DNA of 64,000 bases, taken from positions 38,216 to 102,215 of IMG/VR virus record IMGVR_UViG_3300037419_002082; one strand, given 5' to 3'. The notes under the pieces are model-generated. The model was not told where the DNA came from, did not search any database, and worked only from the letters and a program-made list of their open reading frames with translations. This document shows, piece after piece, positions 19,683 to 28,923 of this stretch (its first letter is position 1; each line of letters begins with the position of its first letter). Origin of the DNA: a virus. The position numbers were made by a program, and so were the translations under genes.

Positions 19683-19706
19683 AAACTCTCTATTCTTCTT
19701 TTTTTT

Positions 19707-19751
19707 GTGAAACTGATAAAAAAATGGGTATAAAAAATGATATTCTATAAT
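19707..19751 (+). promoter_or_regulatory. GTGAAAC-class promoter upstream of the TS homolog
   Basis: GTGAAAC-N27-TATTCT, with an overlapping TATAAT. Confidence 0.6.
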
Positions 19752-19783
19752 AGAAGAAAATAATTAAAAAAGAGGGTATAAAT

Positions 19784-20770
19784 ATGGATGCTTATATTTC
19801 ATTAGAAAAAGCTTTACAAGGTACACTAGTTGATGTATGTGAAAAAGGAATTGTTACTTCTCCTAGAGGAAGGCAATCCAAAGAATTAATTGGTCATGGT
19901 TATGTTTTAACTAATCCAAGAGCTAGAATTATCGGATTAGCAGCAAGAAATTTAAATCCATTTTATTTGGTAGGAAATCTATTATGGGTTTTACGTCAAT
20001 CAAATAAATTGGAAGTTATTAATTATTATAACCCACGAGGCTCAATGTTCAGTGATGATGGTGAAATTCTTCGTGGCGCTTATGGTAAACGTATTTTTGA
20101 TTTTGATGGTATTAATCAATGGAAACAATGTTATAATGAATTAAAAGTAGACCCTGATTCACGTAGAGCTATTGTTTCTATTCATTTACCACAGCATGAT
20201 TGGACAGGTTCATTAGATACACCATGTACAGCGGATTTTCAATTCTTATTAAGAGATAATAAACTTCACATGGTAAATCATATGAGAAGTCAATCTGCTG
20301 CATTTGTTCAGCCATATGATGTATTCTTAATGACTATGATTCAAGAATTAATGGCTAATGAATTAGGAGTAGAATTAGGAATTTACAAACATATTTGTAA
20401 CTCATATCATTATTTTACTAATGAACAAGATATGGTAGATGCAATTATTGAAAGTGAAGATTATACACCATCTATGCAGCATATGGTTGGAGGAATGGCA
20501 GAAGTAAAACTTCTTTTAACTTTTGAAGCTTTAGCAAGAAAAGTAACAATTGAATTGGCACAACAAGGTTTACTAACAGATATTAAATATCTAGAAAGAG
20601 AATTGGATAAATTAGGTTTACCAACTTTCTGGAATAATATTGGAGAAGTACTAATTGCTAAAGCTATTAATCTGCTAGATGGTAATAATGGTGCTACTTA
20701 TTTAGATTATGTGCGAAATAGCATAAATAACGGTAATCCATTTAAAAAATTATTGCTTCAATTACATTAA
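19784..20770 (+). CDS. Thymidylate-synthase homolog, cytosine-type (dCMP hydroxymethylase-like)
   Basis: AYGKR, PDSRRA, catalytic TPC and MRSQS...PYD, with Asp where ThyA has Asn. A canonical thyA is present elsewhere in the window. Confidence 0.8.
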   Translation: MDAYISLEKALQGTLVDVCEKGIVTSPRGRQSKELIGHGYVLTNPRARIIGLAARNLNPFYLVGNLLWVLRQSNKLEVINYYNPRGSMFSDDGEILRGAYGKRIFDFDGINQWKQCYNELKVDPDSRRAIVSIHLPQHDWTGSLDTPCTADFQFLLRDNKLHMVNHMRSQSAAFVQPYDVFLMTMIQELMANELGVELGIYKHICNSYHYFTNEQDMVDAIIESEDYTPSMQHMVGGMAEVKLLLTFEALARKVTIELAQQGLLTDIKYLERELDKLGLPTFWNNIGEVLIAKAINLLDGNNGATYLDYVRNSINNGNPFKKLLLQLH

Positions 20771-20864
20771 TAAAAGAGGGAGTTTCGACTCCCTTTTAAT
20801 TTAAACTATATTGAGAATGATTCTCATTTATATACTAATAACATTTAACCAGGAGGGAGTTGAT

Positions 20865-21479
20865 ATGAAAAAACTCACTAAAAAGCAAGTTAAACTATTA
20901 GAAGATAATTTACCCTTTGTAACGTATGTTGCAAAAAGATATTTTAGCAAGACAGACTTTGATAAAAATAGGGATATAATTCAAGAAGGAATTTTTGCTA
21001 TGGCTAAAGCTTTACCTAAGTATGACCCAGAAAAAGGAAAAATTACAACCTATTTATTTCCAACTTTAGATGGCCATTTAAAAAGGTATGTTCGTTATCA
21101 AGATAGATTAATTCCTATTCCGCATCAGAAGCATTTAAAACAGGAAACTATGGCTAAAGCAGAACAAGCTAAAAATGTATACTCTTTAGATTTGGAATAC
21201 AAAGGAAGTGGAAATCAAGATAAGGAGCCGTATACTTTAATGCATGTTATTCCAGATAAGAAAACTGAAGAAATGGATGAAAAAATTATAAATAAAATAG
21301 TTTTAATTGATGGTATTAAAACTCAGTTAGATTGGAGAGAAAAAGTAATTATTACTTATCGCTTCTATTTTGACCTTGACCAGACACAAATTGGTAAATT
21401 AATGGGAATATCACAGGTGCACACACATAGAATAATTAGTAAGGCTTTAGTTAAGCTAAAAAATTATATTACAAAGTAA
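20865..21479 (+). CDS. Sigma-70 family factor, SigF/SigG/SigB-like
   Basis: Region 2 NLPFVTYVAKRY...DIIQEG...YDPEKG and region 4 QTQIGKLMGISQVH. Confidence 0.88.
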   Translation: MKKLTKKQVKLLEDNLPFVTYVAKRYFSKTDFDKNRDIIQEGIFAMAKALPKYDPEKGKITTYLFPTLDGHLKRYVRYQDRLIPIPHQKHLKQETMAKAEQAKNVYSLDLEYKGSGNQDKEPYTLMHVIPDKKTEEMDEKIINKIVLIDGIKTQLDWREKVIITYRFYFDLDQTQIGKLMGISQVHTHRIISKALVKLKNYITK

Positions 21480-21555
21480 GAAACCTTTCAATCCCATATA
21501 GAACTTTTGTTATATAATAAAAATAAAAGATTATATTATGAATAGAGGTTATTAT

Positions 21556-22098
21556 ATGGACATCACGGTAGTTAATCCTATTCCACAAAATGATATAGAT
21601 GAAATTTTATCTAGTTATAATAAAGGTTTTAATGGATTAAAAGTAATTGGTCAAGGTTACAGTGCCCAAGTTTTAAAATATAAAAATTATGCTATAAAAG
21701 CCTATGAAGATGAAGGCTTTAGTGACGGTGAAATATTAGAAAACTTTCAGGATAATGATTTATTTCCAAAATTATATTTCTACAATGAATATTTTATGGT
21801 TACAGAATTTCTAAGTATAATTCCAGCATATCAATATTTTGAAAGAAATATTGGAATAGAACATGATGCAGAAGAAATATTCAAATATTGTTGGCAAAAG
21901 GGCTTTAAAATTCAAGATATCCATGATGAAAATGTTGTTGTAACATTAGATGATAAATTAAAAATAATTGATGTTGGAATGTTTAAAAGAATATATGGCA
22001 ATCCATCATTAGGTCAAATTATTAAAGAATCTAGTACAGATTTTATTGAGTTAGGAAATATAATAGAGCATATTAAAAGGCCACCTATAGCTATTTAA
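21556..22098 (+). CDS. Ser/Thr protein kinase-like protein
   Basis: IGQGYSA Gly loop, AIK, DIHDENV catalytic loop and IIDVG motif. Confidence 0.8.
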   Translation: MDITVVNPIPQNDIDEILSSYNKGFNGLKVIGQGYSAQVLKYKNYAIKAYEDEGFSDGEILENFQDNDLFPKLYFYNEYFMVTEFLSIIPAYQYFERNIGIEHDAEEIFKYCWQKGFKIQDIHDENVVVTLDDKLKIIDVGMFKRIYGNPSLGQIIKESSTDFIELGNIIEHIKRPPIAI

Positions 22099-22139
22099 GT
22101 GAAACTTCAGTTTTCTGAAGTTTTTCTTTGTTATATAAT
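22099..22139 (+). promoter_or_regulatory. GTGAAAC-N28-TATAAT promoter upstream of dnaE
   Basis: Motif and spacing. Confidence 0.7.
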
Positions 22140-22173
22140 ATATTATATGAAGAAATTAGAAAGAAGGGATAGA

Positions 22174-22365
22174 ATGGATTTAAAAAAGCTAAGTTATAAA
22201 TGCAGAGATAAAATTGCTGATAATTTTATTATTTTTCACGAAATTTTTGAAAATAAAGATTTATCAAATGAAAGTAAACTTAATTTAATGAAAATGCTCA
22301 AAAATGGTATAATTGTTGAATTAGAAGAAATGGAAGATTATATAATAGAGGAGATGAATAAATGA
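22174..22365 (+). CDS. Hypothetical protein
   Basis: RBS and ATG at 22174; overlaps the dnaE start. Confidence 0.5.
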   Translation: MDLKKLSYKCRDKIADNFIIFHEIFENKDLSNESKLNLMKMLKNGIIVELEEMEDYIIEEMNK

Positions 22366-25300
22366 TACATCTTCGTATGCATGACCATTATTCAATAAAA
22401 CGTGCATTCGGTACTCCAAGAGATTATTTATTAAAAGCAGAAGAACTTGGATTAAAGTATTTATCAATTACTAATTATGGTAATGACCATGCATATCCTT
22501 ATTATCGTTCTGAATTAAATTACCTTAATTCTCATGGCCATAATATTGACATTCAATTCCTTTATGGAGTAGAGTTTTATATTACTCAGGATATGACAGC
22601 AAAAGGGCGTCCTAATTTTGATGATATAAACTATGGTAATGATACTGTTATTTTTATGGCAAAAAATAATGAAGGTTATGTAGAATTACTTAAAATTTTA
22701 TCTGATGCCAATTTATCAGAACATTATTTTACCGTTCCAAGAATAGACTTTGATTATCTTACAGAAATTAATTCAGAAAATTTAGTTTGTATTGTACCGA
22801 TAGATTTTGGGACTATTCCAAAATTACTATTAGCGAATGAAGATGCTTATGCCAAAGATTTATTAGGCCTTTTCAAAGGAGTATTTGGGGAAGATTTATA
22901 CTTTGAAATTTCTGCCAATGTATCTCCTGTTAATAAAATTCTTAATGCTAAAATGATAGAATTAGCAATGGAGAATAATATTAAATGTATAGCATCAGCT
23001 AATGTACATTATCCTAGTAAAGAAGATAAGAAAGTACATGATGTAGTATTAGCATTTGGTCAAAAGAAAACTTTTGCTGAAAATGATTTATATTCACTCG
23101 GTACTGATGATAATTATCTAAGAGATAGAGAATCAGTGGAACGAGGTTTACATGAGAATGGAGTCAATGAAATTCTAATAGAAGAATTCATTCTAAATAC
23201 TGAAAGAATTGCTGCTAAATGTTCATTTGATTTAGAAATAGCACCTATGAGCTTACCTAATACAGATGTTATTTTACCAGAAGAATATAAAGGTAAACCT
23301 GTTGAATATTTTCAATATTTAATAGAAAAAGGTTGGAATGAATTAATAGTTCCACGTATAGATTCAGGAGAATGGGACGAAATTAAATCCGAAGATATTC
23401 CTACCTATATTGAACGTAAAGAATACGAATTTGATATGATAAAAAATATCTTTACAATTAAAGACCCTAACCATCCTATGAAAAATGGTTTTGTTGATTA
23501 CTTCTTAATAGTATCGGATTATACTAAGTGGGCTAAAGGAATAGACAGAAGGATAATGAAAGATTTTCCTATAATTGAAGTCGGGCCTGCGCGAGGAAGT
23601 GTATCCGGTTCGCTTATTGGGCACTTAACTAGAATGTCAACAGTCGATCCGCTACCTTGGGGACTTACCTTTGAGCGATTCATAAATCCGGAAAGAATTA
23701 GTTGGCCGGACGTGGATTTAGATTTTGACCCCGATTTTGCTTGGGGTGTAGAACGTTATCTCATAGAAACTTATGGATACGACCATGTTGCCCATATCCT
23801 AACATTCCAAACTGCAGCTAGTAAAAAGACTTTTGAGGCTGTTTCAAAAGTAATGACTGGTAGCTATGGAAAATATAAAGAAAAAGTTAAAAGAGAAAAA
23901 TGGGTTTCTGAAAATCAATTAAAGAAATTAGTACCAATGGATGCTAAAGAAGCAAGAGAAATCCAAAACTTAATTGATTCCAATTATAGCCTAAAAGATT
24001 TAATTGACCCAAATAGCAATTGTACTATTGATGAATTACACGAAAAATCACAGCTATCAGCTTATAAAGAAATGTTTGAAATAGCTGCTAAAATGGAAGG
24101 TTTAATAACTTCTACTGGTTCTCATCCAGGAGCTGTTATTATAACAGAAAAACCTATTTACAATTATACTTCCCGAGTAAACACAGCAAAATATGATGAT
24201 GGTTATCCATTAGTTACAACTTCTTATGAGAAATACGCATTAGAAGAAGTAAACACAATGAAATTTGACTTATTGAGATTAAGAGAATTAACAATTGTAA
24301 AAGCTTGTTTAGGATTTATAGAAGAATCAACTGGAGTAAAGGTTGATTTAGACAGAATAAATCCATTTGACATTGAATCAAATAAAAAGATTTTGCAGCT
24401 TATGAAAGATGGAGACCTTGATGGAGTATTTCAATTTTCATCACACCTTTATAAATCTATTATAGAAGAAGTACTTTCTGGAATAGAAAGTCGTGGAGAT
24501 GAAGTTGTTGCTAAAGATTTATTTAATATTATTGTAGCTCTTGAAGCTTTAGGGCGACCAGGTCCATTAGAAGGTGGAATGGTTCCAACATTTGCAGCAG
24601 GTCTTGCAGACCCAGATAGTGTAGAAGAAATACACCCAGTAGTTGATAAAATTCTTTCAGAAACATATGGAAATATGTTATATCAGGAACAATTGATGTT
24701 TATACTACGATTTATGGGTGGATTTTCATTAGGTCAAGCAGATATGGTTCGACGAGGTATTGCATCTGGTAAACTAGAAAAAATTGAAGAACAACGTGGT
24801 GCATTTATAGAAGGTGTAGAAAGGGTTCAGTTAGAAGAAAATCCTAACACTACTCCAGAAGAAATGGCATCATTAATTGAATTAGCACATCATATTTTTG
24901 ACTTAATGGCAAAATGGGCAGGATACGGATTTAATAAAGCGCACTCAGTTGGTTATGGATTTTTAACATTACGTGGTGCTTATTTAAAAGCTAATTATAA
25001 ATCGCACTTTATGGCAGCTCTTATGTCAGCACAGAAAGATGAAAATAAACTTACTGGATATATAGATGAAATAAGAGCCAGAGGTATTCAAGTGCTTCCA
25101 CCTAAAATAAATAAATCTTTAAAAGGATTTACAGTAGTTGGAGAAGACATTTTATTTGGACTCCATGCCATCAAAGGTGTAGGAGCTGCAGCAATAGAAA
25201 AAATAATTTCTAATTATCCTTATAATGGTATTATGGATTTTATTTTGAAAGCTGGAAATAAAACAGTATTACCACCATTAATTAAAGCAGGATATTTTGA

Positions 25301-25952
25301 AGAGGATAAAAAATTCCTTTTAAAATATTGGGAAGTAATGGTTGAAATTAAAAATTGTAAAACTAAAGCTGAGGAGTCATTAGTTGATTATCTCTTAGAA
25401 AATGGTATAAATCAGGATAACCAGATGGACATAGGAAAACGATTTGAAAATATCATATATGAGAAATCATTAAAAAAGAGAAATCCAAAGACTGTAGCAG
25501 AATGCAAAGCTTTAATTCATAGGGAAGAATATTCACATCTTGAATTACTTACTATGGAAAAAGATGTTCTTGGATTATATTTATCTGAAAGCCCATTAGA
25601 TAAATTTAGAGATATTATTGTAAGCCAAACAACTTTATGTAATAATATCAAAGAGCATAAAATGAATGAAGAATTTTATGTAGTGGGTATGGTTTTAGAA
25701 ACTCCTCCAAAGAGAAAAGATAAAAATGGTAATTATATGGCATTCTTGAAATTACAAATGTATGATGGAATACTAGATGTACCAGTCTTTGCAGGAGCTT
25801 ATGAAAAATATCACCCTAGATTAACAGAAGGAAGAATTTTAATTGCTAAGGCTAAAAAGATTAGAGGTGGAGTTACTCTAAATAGTATTGCAGACTTGGC
25901 AGAGAAAGAACAGGAATTTAGAGAATATTTTGGGGTGGGGATAGCAAAATGA
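22362..25952 (+). CDS. dnaE: DNA polymerase III alpha subunit (family C)
   Basis: PHP domain, GPARGS, FERFINPER, PDVDLDF, KFDLL, GFNKAH and a C-terminal OB fold. Confidence 0.96.
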   Translation: MIHLRMHDHYSIKRAFGTPRDYLLKAEELGLKYLSITNYGNDHAYPYYRSELNYLNSHGHNIDIQFLYGVEFYITQDMTAKGRPNFDDINYGNDTVIFMAKNNEGYVELLKILSDANLSEHYFTVPRIDFDYLTEINSENLVCIVPIDFGTIPKLLLANEDAYAKDLLGLFKGVFGEDLYFEISANVSPVNKILNAKMIELAMENNIKCIASANVHYPSKEDKKVHDVVLAFGQKKTFAENDLYSLGTDDNYLRDRESVERGLHENGVNEILIEEFILNTERIAAKCSFDLEIAPMSLPNTDVILPEEYKGKPVEYFQYLIEKGWNELIVPRIDSGEWDEIKSEDIPTYIERKEYEFDMIKNIFTIKDPNHPMKNGFVDYFLIVSDYTKWAKGIDRRIMKDFPIIEVGPARGSVSGSLIGHLTRMSTVDPLPWGLTFERFINPERISWPDVDLDFDPDFAWGVERYLIETYGYDHVAHILTFQTAASKKTFEAVSKVMTGSYGKYKEKVKREKWVSENQLKKLVPMDAKEAREIQNLIDSNYSLKDLIDPNSNCTIDELHEKSQLSAYKEMFEIAAKMEGLITSTGSHPGAVIITEKPIYNYTSRVNTAKYDDGYPLVTTSYEKYALEEVNTMKFDLLRLRELTIVKACLGFIEESTGVKVDLDRINPFDIESNKKILQLMKDGDLDGVFQFSSHLYKSIIEEVLSGIESRGDEVVAKDLFNIIVALEALGRPGPLEGGMVPTFAAGLADPDSVEEIHPVVDKILSETYGNMLYQEQLMFILRFMGGFSLGQADMVRRGIASGKLEKIEEQRGAFIEGVERVQLEENPNTTPEEMASLIELAHHIFDLMAKWAGYGFNKAHSVGYGFLTLRGAYLKANYKSHFMAALMSAQKDENKLTGYIDEIRARGIQVLPPKINKSLKGFTVVGEDILFGLHAIKGVGAAAIEKIISNYPYNGIMDFILKAGNKTVLPPLIKAGYFEEDKKFLLKYWEVMVEIKNCKTKAEESLVDYLLENGINQDNQMDIGKRFENIIYEKSLKKRNPKTVAECKALIHREEYSHLELLTMEKDVLGLYLSESPLDKFRDIIVSQTTLCNNIKEHKMNEEFYVVGMVLETPPKRKDKNGNYMAFLKLQMYDGILDVPVFAGAYEKYHPRLTEGRILIAKAKKIRGGVTLNSIADLAEKEQEFREYFGVGIAK

Positions 25953-26442
25953 GTGATTGGGTAGGAAGACTATTAATTACACTTATAATTCTACTCTTTA
26001 TTGGAGCAGGAATTACATTTGACATTTGGAAATGGCATAAGACAGAAGAAGTTATAGGCCATAAAATGGGATACTGGGAGTATCATTTCCTATTTGGAGG
26101 AGGGAGTAAAAGAAAATGATTCCATATGAATTTGATTTTCTTGTAAAAAATGGCACTGGTATAATATTTCATGCAATATTAGATTTAGAAATGGAAAACT
26201 ATGATATTTCTTGGAGTAGTGGTAAATGTAAGTACTCTGTTAAAGAAGTATTACATTTCTTATCAACAGGACAATGGAGGCAAATATATAATGGGTAAGG
26301 AACTGGTCACAATTACTAAAAGAGAATATGAAAGATTAACAGAGGCAGAGAATAAATTAGAATGCTTATATGCTGCTGGAGTAGATAATTGGATTGGATA
26401 TAGTGAAGCAATGTCAATGTTAAATGAGGAGGAGGAAGAATA

Positions 26443-26592
26443 ATGGATTATTGTGAATATTGTGATGAACCAACTGAAATTTGCGAATGTGATAGATGCG
26501 ATGATTGTAATGAAGTAATTGATGATTGTCAATGTGAATTTTGTGGTGAATGCGAAGGCAATATAGATTATAATGGATGTACATGTGATTAA
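26443..26592 (+). CDS. Cys-rich acidic microprotein (49 aa, not in the ORF track)
   Basis: MDYCEYCDEPTEICECDRCDDCNEVIDDCQCEFCGECEGNIDYNGCTCD; GGAGG RBS and TAATG overlap. Confidence 0.65.
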   Translation: MDYCEYCDEPTEICECDRCDDCNEVIDDCQCEFCGECEGNIDYNGCTCD

Positions 26593-26831
26593 ATCCTCCT
26601 AAATTAAATACTGTGAAACCGTATCCTTTTGATACTTATTATTTGATATAATAGGTATTAGAAGGATATTTTTTTTATACTTGGAGGAATGTAATATGAA
26701 ACAACAACGATATGTACCTAAGAATAGATTAGCTTGCTGGATGGATTACAAGACAATGACTTATTATGAAAGAGATTTACGTAATGGTAAAATTGTTTAC
26801 GTCCGGAAGTTTCCTAAGGACGTGAAATAAT

Positions 26832-27767
26832 ATGCCAGTTAAATTATCTTTTAGTAAAATTTCTGCTTATGTAGACTGTCCAAGAAAGTTTTTCCTATCT
26901 TATATTTGTAATATGGGAACAGGCTCTTCTCCACATATGAGTAATGGTTCTGCTATCCATAAGTGCTGTGAAGATTTTCCAGATTGGTCAAAAGACGACC
27001 AGACTTTAGAAAGTTTAATTCAGTATTATTATAAAGTATTGCCTGAAAATGATAAGGAAAATTTAGTTCATGAATCTATTGATGGTGAATTAATTATTAA
27101 TCCAGTGTTTGAACAAAAGGCAATTAAAGCATTACACCAATTCTATTATGATTATACTGAAAATAAATTTCAGCATGTAGAATCTGGACGATATGCTTTC
27201 CAAGGTCCAAACAGAGATAATCCAATCCCCGTAATTAAACTGCGAGAACAATGGTTTAATTTTAAAACAAAAGATGGTCATGAAATTCGTGGAGTTATTG
27301 ATAGGGTTGATGAAGAAATTGGCGGAGAACATATTGTTGATTATAAATCTGGTCAATCAAGAACTCCATATAAATCATTACAAGACCCACTAGATATTAA
27401 ATCTCTACAATTATCTATGTATTCTCTAGTACGATATAAAGAGACAGGAAAGATTCCTGTTAAAACTTCTTTCTTTTATCTTGAACCTGCTAAAGGTAAG
27501 AAAGTAGAAAAAGGGGAATATCGTACTGCTCCACAAAGAACATTAGAAGAATTGGAAAGAGTAGAGAATTTTCTAAATGGCATGGGAAATGAAATTGAAT
27601 CTGCCTTGGAGAAGAAAGATTTTCCTATGGGAGATGCACCAAATTGCTTCTTCTGTGATTTTAAAGATAAATGCGAAATCCTTGCTGAGTCTGAATTAAC
27701 AGAATTAAGAAATTCCTTTGAAATTGAAAAGGAAAAGCAAGTGGATATTGATTTATCTGACTGGTAA
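26832..27767 (+). CDS. PD-(D/E)XK nuclease, Cas4/RecB-like with an Fe-S cysteine set
   Basis: DCPR...H, RGVIDRVD, IVDYKS, QLSMY and CFFC...C motifs. Confidence 0.88.
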   Translation: MPVKLSFSKISAYVDCPRKFFLSYICNMGTGSSPHMSNGSAIHKCCEDFPDWSKDDQTLESLIQYYYKVLPENDKENLVHESIDGELIINPVFEQKAIKALHQFYYDYTENKFQHVESGRYAFQGPNRDNPIPVIKLREQWFNFKTKDGHEIRGVIDRVDEEIGGEHIVDYKSGQSRTPYKSLQDPLDIKSLQLSMYSLVRYKETGKIPVKTSFFYLEPAKGKKVEKGEYRTAPQRTLEELERVENFLNGMGNEIESALEKKDFPMGDAPNCFFCDFKDKCEILAESELTELRNSFEIEKEKQVDIDLSDW

Positions 27768-27788
27768 AAATAACATTAAAAAAAATTA

Positions 27789-27828
27789 GTGAAACTTATC
27801 TAAAATGTTCTTTTAGAGATGATATAAT
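27789..27828 (+). promoter_or_regulatory. GTGAAAC-N27-TATAAT promoter upstream of HU
   Basis: Motif and spacing. Confidence 0.7.
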
Positions 27829-28031
27829 AAAAACAGATTAAGAGATGAGAGAATATTCTGAATATTCAGAACAGAATATTAAAATACATCTCGGGGGTAA
27901 AATTCATTCATTGGTCATGGGGGAATGAACAAGGTAGATGAGGATTGGTTTTAGGCTACCATTAATAATATGCTCCATATAGAGCACCAAATAAAATTTC
28001 ATAGGGCATAGACCCTTAGGAGGAATATAAA

Positions 28032-28325
28032 ATGTCAAAAGTTATGAAAACAGAAGATTACGTAGTGAGTGTATCAAAAGCATTAGGAGTTACTAAAAAA
28101 GCAGCACGCGAAGTTATTAAAGAATTCCTTGCTCAATTTGCTGAAAATACTTCAAATGGTATTGGTTCTGCATTTAGCGGCCTTGGTAAAACTGAAATCC
28201 GTGATGTTGAAGCTTCTGTAAAGCGTAATCCTAAAACTGGTGAACAAGTTGAAGTTGAAGCTCACCAAAAGCCAAAATTCCAGTTCTCTGGTAAAGTTCG
28301 TAATGCTCTTCGTGGCCTAGAATAA
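28032..28325 (+). CDS. HU/TF1-like DNA-binding protein
   Basis: GLGK...RNPKTGE...PKF motifs. Confidence 0.9.
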   Translation: MSKVMKTEDYVVSVSKALGVTKKAAREVIKEFLAQFAENTSNGIGSAFSGLGKTEIRDVEASVKRNPKTGEQVEVEAHQKPKFQFSGKVRNALRGLE

Positions 28326-28326
28326 A

Positions 28327-28923
28327 ATGCCGAAAGGCAAATTAATTGTCTTTGAGGGGGCAGATAATCTGGGAAAAACAACCCAGATTGATGCTCTCTT
28401 CTCTTACCTAAGAAAGAAGAATATAAATGTTATGAAAACTAGAGAACCCGGTGCAACTAATTTAGGGTCTAAAATAAGGGAAATTCTTCTTAATAGTACA
28501 GAGAAAATACCTCCAAAGGCACAATTACTCCTTTTCCAGGCAGATAGAAATATTCACTCAGAAAATATCCTTAAACCTTATTTGGAGAAGGGATATATTA
28601 TCCTTTGCGATAGATTCTATCTATCCACTTTAGTTTATCAACATAAACTAAATGGAACATCTGAAAATGCTGTATATGATTTAAATGCATTCTCAACTGA
28701 TTATTTAGTTCCGGATAAAGTATTTGTATTTCATGGTACAATGCTTACAGACGAAGCTCGTGATGAGTATGAAAAACATACTGTGAATAAAAATCACGAG
28801 AAATTAAATAATTATTATATTGAATATGGGATGGTTTTGCCAAACCATATTTTAATAAATGCTAATAGAAGTAAAGAGGTTATCTTTGATGAACTTCTTA
28901 CTTATATAGAGGAATGGATTTAA
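28327..28923 (+). CDS. tmk: Thymidylate kinase
   Basis: FEGADNLGKTT, TREPG, ADR and CDRF..ST..YQ motifs. Confidence 0.92.
   Translation: MPKGKLIVFEGADNLGKTTQIDALFSYLRKKNINVMKTREPGATNLGSKIREILLNSTEKIPPKAQLLLFQADRNIHSENILKPYLEKGYIILCDRFYLSTLVYQHKLNGTSENAVYDLNAFSTDYLVPDKVFVFHGTMLTDEARDEYEKHTVNKNHEKLNNYYIEYGMVLPNHILINANRSKEVIFDELLTYIEEWI

Noticed and set aside
3032-25952. Inteins or group I introns in nrdJ, dnaB and dnaE
   Set aside because: The ORFs are continuous, of normal length, and show no intein terminal motifs or LAGLIDADG blocks.
26832-27767. CRISPR-Cas system suggested by the Cas4-like nuclease
   Set aside because: No cas1/cas2 and no repeat-spacer array in the window; solo Cas4-like nucleases are common in phage recombination modules.
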